64,000 nt of DNA from Leptospiraceae bacterium (GCA_040217195.1 JAVJNR010000005.1:480001-544000), one strand, 5' to 3'. Counted from the stretch's first letter, positions 19,382 to 30,178 are shown. Notes: generated from the letters alone by a model not told the origin. Translations and numbers: made by a program.

Positions 19382-22231
19382 ATGGATTGGACGCCTGCCA
19401 GACTGCGCCGCGAATGGTATAAATTCTTTGAAGGCAAGAAGCACTTGAAGCTTCCTTCTGCCAGCCTGCTACCGGCCGGGGACCCGACTTTATTGTTTAC
19501 CTCGGCGGGAATGGTTCCGTTCAAGCCCTATTTTGAAGGCTCTGAGGATCCCCCATCCGGCCGGGTGGTCACCATTCAAAAATGCCTCAGAACCACGGAT
19601 CTGGAAAGCGTAGGTAAAACGGCCCGACACCTGACCTTTTTTGAGATGCTGGGTAACTTTAGCTTTGGCGATTACTTCAAGAAAGAAGCGGTGGCCATGG
19701 CCTATGAATTCTCCACCGAAGTTCTGAAGCTGGATCCTGACAGGATTCATATAACCATATATACCGATGACGATGAAACGAAAGATCTGTGGATGGACAT
19801 CGGTGTTCCAGAGGATCGAATCACAAGACTGGGCAAAGAAGATAACTGGTGGGGACCTGCCGGCGATTCCGGCCCCTGCGGACCATGTACAGAGCTGTAT
19901 CTGGACCGTGGACCTGAGAAATGCTCCGCCGAAGGCGGATGTGGGAATCCAGATACATGTGCTCCAGGAAATGAATGCGATCGATACATGGAGTACTGGA
20001 ACCTGGTATTCAATCAGTACAATCAGGACCGGGAAGGTAATCTAACTCCGCTTCGCTCAAAAGGAATCGATACCGGCGCCGGCCTGGAGCGAATTGTTGC
20101 CATCCTGAATGGCACTGAAAGCGTCTATGAAACATCGGAACTAATTCAACTTAGAGAAAAGACCAAAGAAGCGATTGAATCCCTGGGACTGAGCGCCCCG
20201 GCCGAAGATTCCCATCATATTCTGTCTGCCTATCGAGTGATCGCAGATCATGCAAGATCGGCCAGCTTTGCCATAGGCGATGGAATTCTGCCGGATAACC
20301 ATGGCCGCGGATATGTGATTCGACGAATGCTTCGTCGGGCCTGCTTATTTGCCAGAGAACTGGGAGTTACCACACCACTATTGTATAACCTGGTCCCTAC
20401 TATCGTAGAAATCTACAATGAATTCTATCCTGAACTCAAAGATTCTGCGGAGAAAATTCAGAAAACCCTGGAAGATGAAGAGAAGCGATTCCTGCGAACT
20501 CTGGATACAGGAATGAAAATCTGGGAGCAATATCTTCAGGAGCACAAGGATAAAAAGGCCAGCAACTTTTCAGGATCCCAGGCCTTTCGTCTGTATGATA
20601 CGTACGGTTTTCCTCTGGAGATGACCATAGAGCTTGCAGAAAAAGCAGGCATGCAGGTGGACCTCAAGGAATTCGAAAAAGAAATGGAGCATCAAAGGGA
20701 GATGGCTCAGTCCGCTTCCAGGTGGGCCGATGTACAGTTGCCTTCGGATCTAAAGCTTCCTACGGGTCATCGCACAGAGTTTGAAGGCTATCATGAATTT
20801 CAGCGAAGTAGCACAGTAGAAGCCCTGGCTGAAGGCGATCACACCGAAGAGGCTTTGAAAGCTCCTAGCAATGAACGAAGCATGATCATCACCAGAGAAA
20901 CCTGCTTCTATCCAGAAGGAGGCGGTCAGCTAGGCGATACCGGTTGGATTCGATCCGATTCCGGAGTATTTCGCGTAGAAGATACAAAGAAAAAAGGCGA
21001 TTTAATTCTACACCTGGGTCGTATGGAAACCGGCGAAATCTCAGAAGGCCAGCCTGTGGAAATGGAAATCGATGAAGATCGAAGACTGGCTCTCATGCGA
21101 CATCATAGCGCCACGCATTTACTCAACAAGAGTCTACGCGATGTGCTGGGAGATCATATTCTGCAAACAGGCTCTCTGGTCGCCGATAACTATCTGAGAT
21201 TCGACTTTTCTCATCCAGATAAGATCTCAGGCGCAGACCTGGAAAAGATTGAAGAACAGGTAAACAAAGCCATAACCAGTGATGCAGAAGTAAGCACAAA
21301 CGTTCTACCTATTGAAGAGGCGAAGAAATCCGGTGCTCTGGCCACATTTGGTGAGAAGTATGGAGAAGAAGTACGAGTTGTGTCCATGGGCAACGGTGAT
21401 CTCAGCATTGAGTTTTGCGGTGGGTGTCATGTGGATCGGACCGGTCAGATTCAGTATTTTCATATTCTAAAGGAAAGCAGTCCTGGCGCGGGTAATCGTC
21501 GTATTGAAGCTGTGGCCGGTCCCGGCGTGGAGGATTACTTCAGCAGAGAATTCCATCGTCTTCAACTGGAACGTTCTAACCTGGAAGGCTCTTTACAGGG
21601 ATTGAGTAATCAGCTAAAGGAGAGTGCATCCGAAGATGCACCAGAACTGCAGAAAGAACTGGATCAATTAAAGCCGGTGCAGGAAATTCCTGAAGCCTAC
21701 AGTGTTCGGTCCACCCTGGAAAGCGCCGCCGGTGTTCTGAAACTGCAAAATCAATTGGTTTGCGTAGATGAGGAACTCCGAGAAAAGCAAAAACTAAGAC
21801 AGAAGCTGGAAAAGAAGATCAACAGTCAATCTGTGGACCTGGATTCCATTGTAGAAAAGGCTCGCTCCAGCGAACAAAAAAGAGGCAGCATACGTGTGTT
21901 TTCCTTGCAGGAAGATGGCCTGGATGCTCAGATTCTACGTCAGGCAGGAGATAGGCTCAAAGAAAGCGAGCGTGATTGCGTGGTGTTGATTGGTGCAAAA
22001 ACTGACAAAGGTGCCATGCTCGTCTTTATGGCCACAAAGTCTGCAGTTGATTCGGGCATTGACTGTGGCGCACTGATTCGCAATGCGGCGCCAGTAATAG
22101 GCGGTAAGGGCGGCGGCAAGAAGGACATGGCTCAAGCGGGCGGTCCCGATGCATCGTCCCTTTCCCGGGCATTAAAAAAGGCAGATTCTGAAATAGAATC
22201 CATGCTGGCAGCCGGCAAGAAAACCAGTTAG
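19382..22231 (+). CDS. alaS: Alanine--tRNA ligase
   Basis: DPTLLFTSAGMVPFK, HLTFFEMLGNFSFGDYFK, IDTGAGLER, HHSATHL, CGGCHV, GGKGGGK. Confidence 0.98.
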   Translation: MDWTPARLRREWYKFFEGKKHLKLPSASLLPAGDPTLLFTSAGMVPFKPYFEGSEDPPSGRVVTIQKCLRTTDLESVGKTARHLTFFEMLGNFSFGDYFKKEAVAMAYEFSTEVLKLDPDRIHITIYTDDDETKDLWMDIGVPEDRITRLGKEDNWWGPAGDSGPCGPCTELYLDRGPEKCSAEGGCGNPDTCAPGNECDRYMEYWNLVFNQYNQDREGNLTPLRSKGIDTGAGLERIVAILNGTESVYETSELIQLREKTKEAIESLGLSAPAEDSHHILSAYRVIADHARSASFAIGDGILPDNHGRGYVIRRMLRRACLFARELGVTTPLLYNLVPTIVEIYNEFYPELKDSAEKIQKTLEDEEKRFLRTLDTGMKIWEQYLQEHKDKKASNFSGSQAFRLYDTYGFPLEMTIELAEKAGMQVDLKEFEKEMEHQREMAQSASRWADVQLPSDLKLPTGHRTEFEGYHEFQRSSTVEALAEGDHTEEALKAPSNERSMIITRETCFYPEGGGQLGDTGWIRSDSGVFRVEDTKKKGDLILHLGRMETGEISEGQPVEMEIDEDRRLALMRHHSATHLLNKSLRDVLGDHILQTGSLVADNYLRFDFSHPDKISGADLEKIEEQVNKAITSDAEVSTNVLPIEEAKKSGALATFGEKYGEEVRVVSMGNGDLSIEFCGGCHVDRTGQIQYFHILKESSPGAGNRRIEAVAGPGVEDYFSREFHRLQLERSNLEGSLQGLSNQLKESASEDAPELQKELDQLKPVQEIPEAYSVRSTLESAAGVLKLQNQLVCVDEELREKQKLRQKLEKKINSQSVDLDSIVEKARSSEQKRGSIRVFSLQEDGLDAQILRQAGDRLKESERDCVVLIGAKTDKGAMLVFMATKSAVDSGIDCGALIRNAAPVIGGKGGGKKDMAQAGGPDASSLSRALKKADSEIESMLAAGKKTS

Positions 22232-22416
22232 CAGGTCTGAAATCAGAATTCTAGACTCATAGAATTGAGTATTAACACTGGTTTGAGAAAGCCAGTCGGT
22301 GCCCATCGGCACCTGGAAATTTTCGAAGATACGAATATGTGCAGAGTATCCAAAAAAGCACGGCACTTACGAAACCTATTATAGATACCCGGTAGATCCG
22401 GGCGAAGGGAGATACA

Positions 22417-22905
22417 ATGGCAGAAAGTTCATTTGATGTAGCATGTAAGGTAGATGAGCAAGAGCTGGCAAATGCCATAGACCAGACTCTAAAAGAAGTG
22501 AGTAATCGCTTTGATTTTAAGGGTGTAGACCTGAGCATAAAGAAAGAAAAGGACACTCTGGCCATGGACTGCTCGGATGAGCTCCATATGAAACAGCTCA
22601 TCGATGTTCTGCAGAGTAAGCTTGTGAAACGGGACTTGAATCTGAAAGCTTTCAAATTCGGGGAGTTGGATACAAACGTTTCCGGTCAGGTTAAATGCAA
22701 GGTAGAAGTGCAGAACGGCTTGACCCAGGAACAATGCAAGCAGGTGAATAAACTGATCAAAGATACCAAACTAAAGGTTCAAAGCCGGGTTCAGGGTGAT
22801 GCTGTAAGGGTTTCTGGAAAAAGCAAAGATGACCTTCAATCAGTAATGAAGGCCCTCCGGGAATCCGATCTTCCCTACGCGGTAACTTTCGACAACTATC
22901 GTTAG
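22417..22905 (+). CDS. yajQ: YajQ family nucleotide/c-di-GMP-binding protein
   Basis: SFDV...ELANAIDQ..KE...RFDFKG, QGDAVRVSGKSKDDLQ, FDNYR C-terminus. Confidence 0.93.
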   Translation: MAESSFDVACKVDEQELANAIDQTLKEVSNRFDFKGVDLSIKKEKDTLAMDCSDELHMKQLIDVLQSKLVKRDLNLKAFKFGELDTNVSGQVKCKVEVQNGLTQEQCKQVNKLIKDTKLKVQSRVQGDAVRVSGKSKDDLQSVMKALRESDLPYAVTFDNYR

Positions 22906-22911
22906 TAATGC

Positions 22912-23865
22912 ATGGCCTCCTTCGAAGAAGCACTTTTCAGCCTGCAGGCCGCTCACTTTGAAGAGGCCAAAACAGCATTCGGCACTCTACTGGAGATTGA
23001 TCCGGACAATACAGAATATATGGCTGGTTTCTATGCTTCCGGCTACTGGGCCAATCGCAAGGATCAGCTAACCACTCTGGAGCCAGTAAGACCGGGCACA
23101 GGCCTGATGGAAGCCTGGGACAACTTCCAGGACCTGGCAGAAGATAAAGGTTTTGCCAGCACGAAAAGTATACGGGCCGTAATGAAGGCAGTGCTGGGAA
23201 GAGCGGCCGAACAGTACCGGCAGAAATTCCAGAAAGAAGGTATGGCTCATCCGGATTTTTCGGATCTGGAAGAGCTGGGTAAATGTCTGATTCGCATCCA
23301 TGAATTTGGAAATGCCAGGGAAATCCTGCAATATGCGAAACGAATTCAGCCGGGAAGATCTGGTATCCATTTTCTTCTGGCCGAATCCTATTTGAACGAT
23401 GGTGAATCCGACGCTGCAGAGCGAGGACTTGGTTTTTATAGAGATGGTTTCATTATTCAGCCTGCACAGTTCGACGCAGGATATGCTTACTCATCGGTAG
23501 TGCAGGATACATTACAACAGCTGGGTGAAGAAAAGGATAACGATCTGGATAGAATTCTGCTCTGGTTGCCTGCCTATTTAATGGCCAGGTCCCAGTACTC
23601 TGGTCTTCGTCGATTGAACCGAGATGAAGTAAGTCAATTGCAACGGGAAACTCATAGACTGGAAAAGGACCTGGATACCGTCATGGACCACTTCAGGGAA
23701 AAAGTCCAGGCCCGTCTGGCTTTCTATTATCTGGTTCTGCATCAGGCTGCCATTTTTGTGTATGATGATCTGGATTATGCGAAAGAGCTTCTGAATGATC
23801 TAAAGACTTTGCATCCTGGTCTGGCTCAGTTGGTGAAGGAAGCTCTGCAGAAAAAACAGAAGTGA
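22912..23865 (+). CDS. TPR-like helical protein
   Basis: TPR-like helical repeats (AKTAFGTLLEIDPDN; LGKCLIRIHEFGNAREILQYA). Located 6 bp after yajQ. Confidence 0.65.
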   Translation: MASFEEALFSLQAAHFEEAKTAFGTLLEIDPDNTEYMAGFYASGYWANRKDQLTTLEPVRPGTGLMEAWDNFQDLAEDKGFASTKSIRAVMKAVLGRAAEQYRQKFQKEGMAHPDFSDLEELGKCLIRIHEFGNAREILQYAKRIQPGRSGIHFLLAESYLNDGESDAAERGLGFYRDGFIIQPAQFDAGYAYSSVVQDTLQQLGEEKDNDLDRILLWLPAYLMARSQYSGLRRLNRDEVSQLQRETHRLEKDLDTVMDHFREKVQARLAFYYLVLHQAAIFVYDDLDYAKELLNDLKTLHPGLAQLVKEALQKKQK

Positions 23866-24120
23866 TGCGAATCTCTCCAAATAAAATTTCATTATAAGCG
23901 AATTTCTGAAAGAGAAACAGAAATTAAGAAATGATTCCTGGCAAACACCGTTGCAATCTCTTCGGCGACTGGCAATAGTGCCATTGGACAGTCCCGGTAT
24001 GCAAGACTCCAGAATTAGCTACTTCGGTTGATATCTCCCCTAATCCACTGGTAACAATGCCTGGCCATCACCGTATTGCAATTCAGTGGACTCACCTGAA
24101 ATTATTGATTAGTTTGAACA

Positions 24121-25188
24121 ATGCATTCTGGACTCCCTCTGGTCCAATTCATATCCCTGGAAAATAATCGATTCTTCTTTGGGCTCATTAGTATTGCGCT
24201 AATACTTCTGGGACTAAGGTATGCTATTCGGTATACAGGAGTTCTGATGCTGGATCGAACCAGGAATCGAATGCTCTGGGAACTCCTGGTAAAGAACTCC
24301 GGCACATTGTCCCTGTTTCTCACTGTGATCGCCGGTAACATTCTATTCAGCTACGGGCCCATGCCAGAGAATGTCAGCCCGGCTTACAACCAGGTACTTT
24401 TCCTGGCGGGCATCGCACTGGCTGCATTGCTGGTCATTCGCATGATGCTGGGATTCTCCAGGCTCTACCTTCGCCGATTTAACATGCATACCAGCGATAA
24501 CCTGGCTGCCCGCAAAGTACATACACAGGTTCGGATAATTGAGAGGATTGCCATTGTATTTATTCTATTTGTGACCCTTCTAACAGGAGCCCTATCGTTC
24601 GAAGAAGTCCGGGAATTCGGGGTCAGTATTCTGGCATCTGCCGGAGTTCTGGGTATCATACTTGGATTCGCGGCCCAGAAAAGCATCGCTTTGATCTTTG
24701 CTGGAATTCAAATAGCAATTACGCAGCCCATTCGCATAGAAGATGCCGTAATTGTTGAAAATGAATGGGGCTGGATAGAGGAGATTACGCTGACTTACGT
24801 GGTTATCAGGCTCTGGGATCGCCGTAGACTGATTGTACCTATCAATTATTTTACCGAGAAGCCGTTTCAGAATTGGACCAGACAATCCGCAGATCTACTG
24901 GGAACCGTATATGTCTATCTGGACTATCGCATGCCCGTGGAAGAAATTCGCGGAGTGGCCAGAAAGATTGTGGAGAGCACCCCTCTCTGGAATGGAGAGG
25001 TATGCGTTGTACAGGTTACAGAATTCATGAAAGACCATATGCAGCTTCGAATTCTGGCCACAGCCAACAGCAGTCCGGAGACCTATGATCTAAGATGCTT
25101 TATTCGAGAAAAACTTCTGGAATATCTGCTGGCCAACTATCCGGAAGCTTTACCGCGTATCCGGTTAGAAAAATCGGACCAGGGTTAG
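24121..25188 (+). CDS. Small-conductance mechanosensitive channel (MscS family)
   Basis: SILASAGVLGIILGFAAQ, QPIRIED...GWIEEITLTYVVIRLWDRRRLIVP, FQNWTR. Confidence 0.92.
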   Translation: MHSGLPLVQFISLENNRFFFGLISIALILLGLRYAIRYTGVLMLDRTRNRMLWELLVKNSGTLSLFLTVIAGNILFSYGPMPENVSPAYNQVLFLAGIALAALLVIRMMLGFSRLYLRRFNMHTSDNLAARKVHTQVRIIERIAIVFILFVTLLTGALSFEEVREFGVSILASAGVLGIILGFAAQKSIALIFAGIQIAITQPIRIEDAVIVENEWGWIEEITLTYVVIRLWDRRRLIVPINYFTEKPFQNWTRQSADLLGTVYVYLDYRMPVEEIRGVARKIVESTPLWNGEVCVVQVTEFMKDHMQLRILATANSSPETYDLRCFIREKLLEYLLANYPEALPRIRLEKSDQG

Positions 25189-25447
25189 TGCCAGAAAGAT
25201 TCCTAGAATGGACAGTGGTCTGGCCCGATATTCAATAGTTAGTCCTACGATTCAGGCATGGTGGGCCGACCATCGGATCCCAGTGCGAAACCACATTTCA
25301 CTCCAGTACAATCTCGAACTTACGGTTCCGGTCTGTGGATTACTGTAATTGTTAATCTCCTAATTGCCTAACCTCCTATTCGCCGAAAAACCAGGAAAGG
25401 ATCAACTGGTATTGCATGATTCTAAAATTCCATCAGTCAATGCCAGC

Positions 25448-25482
25448 CCACAGGTGCCCCGTAGTAGCCCGGGGACCTGTGG
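25448..25482. terminator. Stem-loop downstream of the beta-barrel gene
   Basis: CCACAGGTgCCCCG...CGGGGACCTGTGG inverted repeat about 17 bp past the stop of 25499-26545. No clear U tract. Confidence 0.5.
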
Positions 25483-25498
25483 CAATCTGATTGCTAAC

Positions 25499-26545
25499 TC
25501 AAAAAGTAGCCGTAAAGACGGGCCCAATAATCCAGCTTCGATTAAAGGTAAGGGTCACTTCTGGCTCTGCGTACAAATAAGAGGTTTGAATTCCTACGTT
25601 TGGATGAAAGAAAAGCAATGCCGTGGTGGTTACATTCCAGGCGCCTTTATTCCAGTTCCTTCGCGCATTGATATTCAGGCTAAGAAACTTATTGTAGTCC
25701 ATGAAAAGGATCAATCCCCCACTTCTATCTTCCCTGGGAATCTGCGACATGGAACCTGCATTAATAGCACTTCCCACTCCATCGTAGGTCCAGGCCTGAA
25801 CAATAGCATTAGCATCTGTGGGAATCAGGTTTTCCTGACCAATAGAACGCCCAATCGTGGGACGAGTATTGATATGGTAACGATTGGCAGCATACTGAAC
25901 ATACGGAGTAATGCTCCAGCTCTGAATCGGCAATTTGAATCGAATTCCCAGTTTTCCCACATTAGAATGTGATCCATCATCTGCATCGATAACGGGAAAG
26001 GATTGATACACATTGGTTCCAATGGTCTTGAACAATGCATTGGTAACCTTATAATGTGCAGTGAAGCCCGTATGGGTGTACCCCACCATGGGCGCGATTG
26101 AGTCCGTTATATTCCAGTAATACTCTATGGACCCTGTGTAGACGTTTCCGTTGGCGCCTCCCCCTGCATTCTCTATAGGAAGAGTGGAGTCTCGCAGTGG
26201 AGTAAAGTTCACCTCGGCCCTTGTGTAAGCTGCAGAGATGACAAGGGAGTCGCTACGCAACATCATCTGAACCCCCTTTTGAGGCCCGACGCCTTCCACT
26301 GCCAGATCAAGCGTTCCTGACTGTGTCAGACCTGTAATTCTTCCTATGGCAGGCGAAACCGAAGCTCCGGTACTGGGATCCGTATAATTGAATGGCAGCG
26401 CAGATCGAAGCTGCAAATTCATCTGGCCCGCAAAGGGACTGATGATAAATCTCCAATCGGACCCATCTTCTTCAGCCAGCAGCAGGTTGGTTTGTCCTAG
26501 CAGGACCACAAGCAGCGTACCGACCAGTTTTCTTTTTAATCGCAT
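25499..26545 (-). CDS. Putative outer-membrane beta-barrel protein
   Basis: Signal peptide, alternating amphipathic strands, C-terminal beta-signal ending in Phe (IIGPVFTATF), GGAGG RBS. Confidence 0.7.
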   Translation of the reverse strand: MRLKRKLVGTLLVVLLGQTNLLLAEEDGSDWRFIISPFAGQMNLQLRSALPFNYTDPSTGASVSPAIGRITGLTQSGTLDLAVEGVGPQKGVQMMLRSDSLVISAAYTRAEVNFTPLRDSTLPIENAGGGANGNVYTGSIEYYWNITDSIAPMVGYTHTGFTAHYKVTNALFKTIGTNVYQSFPVIDADDGSHSNVGKLGIRFKLPIQSWSITPYVQYAANRYHINTRPTIGRSIGQENLIPTDANAIVQAWTYDGVGSAINAGSMSQIPREDRSGGLILFMDYNKFLSLNINARRNWNKGAWNVTTTALLFFHPNVGIQTSYLYAEPEVTLTFNRSWIIGPVFTATF

Positions 26546-26597
26546 TGAATTCCTCCAGATTCCGGCACTACTGTTTTCGCACCGATAGGCCTACTAT

Positions 26598-26613
26598 AGC
26601 AGGAAATGTGCCA
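26598..26613 (-). promoter_or_regulatory. sigma54 (-24/-12) promoter for the beta-barrel gene
   Basis: Minus strand reads TGGCACATTTCCTGCT (GG-N10-GC), about 50 bp upstream of the ATG. Confidence 0.7.
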
Positions 26614-26659
26614 GCACTATTGAGGCCAATCCTGCCTTGCTGAGTCCCCTGAAGGGGCC

Positions 26660-26706
26660 ATTGATTGAAATCAAGCAGAACGATTCTCAGCAGTTGATTG
26701 ATTTCA
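26660..26706. promoter_or_regulatory. Two-site enhancer-like motif A
   Basis: ATTGATTGAAATCAA (26660-26674), a 21-bp spacer, then GATTGATTTCA (26696-26706). Both boxes recur exactly as reverse complements at 34164-34209. Confidence 0.65.
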
Positions 26707-26853
26707 AACAGAGTTGCTCCGATTTCCTTTAGCTCAGGGATTTCAATTAGCTATCAATCAATCTAGAAACAGTGCAGAATCCATCCAGGAGGGCCTCCGC
26801 GTTAGATCTCCCCAGCAGCAGTAAGAATGAGAACACTGCACTAAATTCTACCC

Positions 26854-26869
26854 TGGCATGATTCCTGCT
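26854..26869 (+). promoter_or_regulatory. sigma54 (-24/-12) promoter for the SpoIIE-BASS genes
   Basis: TGGCATGATTCCTGCT (GG-N10-GC), 23 bp before ATG 26893. Confidence 0.65.
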
Positions 26870-26892
26870 TTAGTAATTGCAGGGTTGAGTTC

Positions 26893-29184
26893 ATGCTACA
26901 AATAACATTCTTCACATTTGGTACATCCATTGTGGCCATCTTCATGTTTGTGATGGCCTTGCTTTTGTTGCGAATCAAGAAAAGAGCCTATTCTACCAAT
27001 TTTCTGGCCGCAACATATCTATTGATCGGATTCCATGCACTGGCTTTCGTCATGGCTTCGTCGGTAACGCACCCGGCGGGTGCCTATCATCGCTGGATGG
27101 TTTTGCTAGTAGTGCCGGCTCTTTCGTGCATGACGCACTTCTTTTTTCATTATCCGCATCCCAGGTCAACTCAATGGGGAAGCAGGATATTCACTCTCCA
27201 GATATTGGCCTGGCTACTTTTCTGCGGATACTATATATGGAAAACTCTATCTGTCCAGCCCAGCTTCGATTCTGCAGAACATAGCTGGGTATTTCCCGTA
27301 CCAAACGCCAACAAAGCACTCGGAATCATGCTTATGGTCTATATGTTAGGCGTTGTAATCGCCGGCATCTGGAGAGCTTCTAGAAAAGAGCCCGGAGCGC
27401 GAACTGCCTGGATGTTTCTGACTCTCTTTTTGCTCTTAATCGTTCCTCCTGTGGTGGCCAACGGATTAAGTCGAGCAGGCATCATCAGCCGGGCGACCTT
27501 TCTAAGTATCTATATCTTCTTCATGGTACCTGGTGCCTTTTCTCTCTTGATACTTTACATCAATACTACCAATGACCGCACCAGATTTATTGGAAGAATC
27601 GTAGCCGTTTGCCTGGGCTCCTTTCTGCTCCTATTCTACTGGGCCGCACTGATTCAATTGCCCATCCTGGAAAAGAATTACGATCAGATTCATCTGCAGA
27701 AATCCTTTCAGGCAGTGTATGAGGATTCCGCGCAATCCGGGTTCTCGGTCCAGGCGATAGATCATGCGAAGTATGAGTTTCTGGAAACCGGGGCCGTCAC
27801 AGAGCGAAAATCTGCGCAGAAGGTGCACAGCGAGCCCATAAATCTATCAGATTCTCAGCTCAGGAGCTCCGGTCTGCTGGCCAGAAACTTTCGGCTAGTC
27901 AAACTGAACTCAAATGGTGCTCCAGCAACCATATCCTATCTCATTGAAGACACATCCTCCAGCACTCTGTACGAAATAGACTTTCAGTATTTAGACTATC
28001 GCGCCTATCTTCATGATGCTATGGGAAGGTACGTCCTGGTGCTTTTCCTTGCATTGTTTGTAGTCCTGGCAGGATTCCGGTTTTTCTTTAAAGGGGCGAT
28101 CTGGAATCCGCTACAATCCTTGCTCACAGGTATTCGCAAGGTTAATGAAGGCGATTTAAGCATTAGAATTCCTTTCAGGGTAAAAGATGAAATAGGTTTT
28201 CTTACAGAAACTTTCAATCAGATGGTAGAATCCATTCAGGATGCCAGGCATGCATTGGCCAACCATGCAGAAACTCTGGAAATCGAAGTAGATCGAAGAA
28301 CCATGGAGCTGCAGGAACTTCTGGAGCAGCAACGCGGGGATTATTACCTAACGTCCCTTCTATTAAAGCCATTCGGACGAAGCAGGATGCTCAATTCATC
28401 CGTGGGCATCGAATTCTTAACTCATCAAAAGAAGCAATTCTCCTTCAAGAATCAAGAATATGAAATTGGAGGAGATCTTTCCATGGCAGATCGAATCACC
28501 ATCGAGAACCGACCGTTTACAGCCTTCGTAAACGCGGATGCAATGGGAAAATCCATCCAGGGGGCTGGAGGCGCCATCGTCATGGGCTCCGTCTTTGGTG
28601 CAATTCTACAGAGAGGACAAACTCCAGAAACGGCCAGACTCTACAATACGCCGGAAAGATGGCTCGTGGCTGCCTATCGCGAGCTAAGTCGTGTTTTTGA
28701 GATGTTCGACGGGAACATGCTAATTACAGCCATCATTGGCCTGGTGGATGAAGAAAGCGGCACCGTCTATCTGGTCAATGCAGATCATCCGTTTCCAGCT
28801 GTTCTGCGAAAAGGCCGTGCTAGCTTTCTTCGCATGCGAGATGTTCAGGGGCGCCTGGGCATGCCTCCGGAAACAGGCAATAAATTTGTAGTACATACCT
28901 TCAAGCTCCAGGCCGGCGATGCCATGTTTCTTGGCTCGGATGGAAAGGATGATCTGGAGCTGGAACCTGCTAGCGATGGAACCAGATCCATAAACGATGA
29001 TGATCGAGTATTTCTCAAACAGATCGAAAAGCACAGTGGCGATCTGCAGTCCATCTATAAAGGCTTGCGAGAGGTAGGTTCCATAACCGACGACCTCTCT
29101 CTGGTTAAGATAGAGTTTTTTCCTGTGCGCACCAACGGGCAGATGCCTTCAGCACCACCTTCGGCATCCGTTCAGACTATCTAA
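26893..29184 (+). CDS. Multi-TM sensor + HAMP + SpoIIE/PP2C phosphatase
   Basis: About 8 N-terminal TMs, HAMP (GDLSIRIP...DEIGFLTETFNQM), then IGGD, ADAMGKSIQGAGGA, GSDGKDD and DDLSLV. Confidence 0.9.
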   Translation: MLQITFFTFGTSIVAIFMFVMALLLLRIKKRAYSTNFLAATYLLIGFHALAFVMASSVTHPAGAYHRWMVLLVVPALSCMTHFFFHYPHPRSTQWGSRIFTLQILAWLLFCGYYIWKTLSVQPSFDSAEHSWVFPVPNANKALGIMLMVYMLGVVIAGIWRASRKEPGARTAWMFLTLFLLLIVPPVVANGLSRAGIISRATFLSIYIFFMVPGAFSLLILYINTTNDRTRFIGRIVAVCLGSFLLLFYWAALIQLPILEKNYDQIHLQKSFQAVYEDSAQSGFSVQAIDHAKYEFLETGAVTERKSAQKVHSEPINLSDSQLRSSGLLARNFRLVKLNSNGAPATISYLIEDTSSSTLYEIDFQYLDYRAYLHDAMGRYVLVLFLALFVVLAGFRFFFKGAIWNPLQSLLTGIRKVNEGDLSIRIPFRVKDEIGFLTETFNQMVESIQDARHALANHAETLEIEVDRRTMELQELLEQQRGDYYLTSLLLKPFGRSRMLNSSVGIEFLTHQKKQFSFKNQEYEIGGDLSMADRITIENRPFTAFVNADAMGKSIQGAGGAIVMGSVFGAILQRGQTPETARLYNTPERWLVAAYRELSRVFEMFDGNMLITAIIGLVDEESGTVYLVNADHPFPAVLRKGRASFLRMRDVQGRLGMPPETGNKFVVHTFKLQAGDAMFLGSDGKDDLELEPASDGTRSINDDDRVFLKQIEKHSGDLQSIYKGLREVGSITDDLSLVKIEFFPVRTNGQMPSAPPSASVQTI

Positions 29185-29203
29185 CTTAAAATAGGAGAGT
29201 TAA

Positions 29204-30139
29204 ATGCAAAGTTCGCTTCTTCTGGAGTTGGTTTTACCAATTTCATTGTTTATCATTATGTTCGGTATGGGTTTGTCCCTGAGCATTCCGGATTTCACCC
29301 GAATTGCACGGTACCCCAGGGCTGTGGCCGTCGGACTCACCGCGCAGATATTTCTGTTACCTGTCATAGGGCTGGGAGTTGCAGAAGCATTTTCCCTGGA
29401 GCCATTGCTGGCCACAGGGCTGATGATTCTGGCTTTTTGCCCCTCTGGCGCAACATCCAATATGTATAGCTACATCTTCAAGGGCGATGTAGCACTTTCG
29501 CTGACCATGACAGCACTGATCAGTATTATCAAGCCATTCACTCTACCCTTTCTGGCTTACTATGCGATGCTTCATTTCCTGGGAGAGGGTATGATCATAG
29601 ACCTCCCCATTGGGAAAACCATCGCGCAACTTTTTATCATCACAGTACTTCCAGTTCTGATCGGTATGGTGGTAAGATACTATGCACATCGATGGGCCAC
29701 AAAGTTTGAAAAATACGTAAAGGTTTTCTCCGTGGTTATTCTGTTTGCAATCATCGGAGGGTTGATACGGCAGAATTGGGATCAAATGGTCGGCTTTTTT
29801 GCCCAGGCAGGGGCAGCCGCCATGACTCTAAACATTGTATCCATTACAGTGGGATTCTTGCTGGCACTGCTCATTCGCCTGGACAGAAAACAATCCATCA
29901 CAATAGCTTTTGAACTGGGTATCCAGAATGGAACCACAGCTTTGCTGGTAACTGGAACGATCCTGAAAGAACCGGCCATGACTGTGGTACCTGTGACCTA
30001 CAGTCTATTAATGTTTATTACCGCTCTGGTCTTTGGACTATCCATGCGATACTTATTTCGCGATCCTCGCAAGGAAAGCGATGTAGAATCTTCCAACACT
30101 CCCGACGCCATGGTAGCTTCTTTGCGAAATCGACCATGA
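29204..30139 (+). CDS. Bile acid:sodium symporter (BASS) family transporter
   Basis: MFGMGLSL, CPSGATSN, GDVALS, ELGIQNG motifs. Confidence 0.92.
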   Translation: MQSSLLLELVLPISLFIIMFGMGLSLSIPDFTRIARYPRAVAVGLTAQIFLLPVIGLGVAEAFSLEPLLATGLMILAFCPSGATSNMYSYIFKGDVALSLTMTALISIIKPFTLPFLAYYAMLHFLGEGMIIDLPIGKTIAQLFIITVLPVLIGMVVRYYAHRWATKFEKYVKVFSVVILFAIIGGLIRQNWDQMVGFFAQAGAAAMTLNIVSITVGFLLALLIRLDRKQSITIAFELGIQNGTTALLVTGTILKEPAMTVVPVTYSLLMFITALVFGLSMRYLFRDPRKESDVESSNTPDAMVASLRNRP

Positions 30140-30149
30140 ACTCACCCTT

Positions 30150-30178
30150 GCGGAGGCTACGGCCTCCGCCCTTTTTTT
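30150..30178 (+). terminator. Rho-independent terminator
   Basis: GCGGAGGC-TACG-GCCTCCGC followed by CCTTTTTTT. Confidence 0.85.

Noticed and set aside
19915..19990. Cys-rich insert in AlaS
   Set aside because: Similar Cys-rich loops before DRYxExWN occur in many bacterial AlaRS, so it is not unusual.
23939..23955. sigma54-like TGGCA...TTGCA upstream of the MscS gene
   Set aside because: The spacing is GG-N11-GC, and sigma54 requires N10.
25364..25972. 202-aa plus-strand ORF
   Set aside because: Antisense to the beta-barrel gene, with no recognisable domain or RBS.
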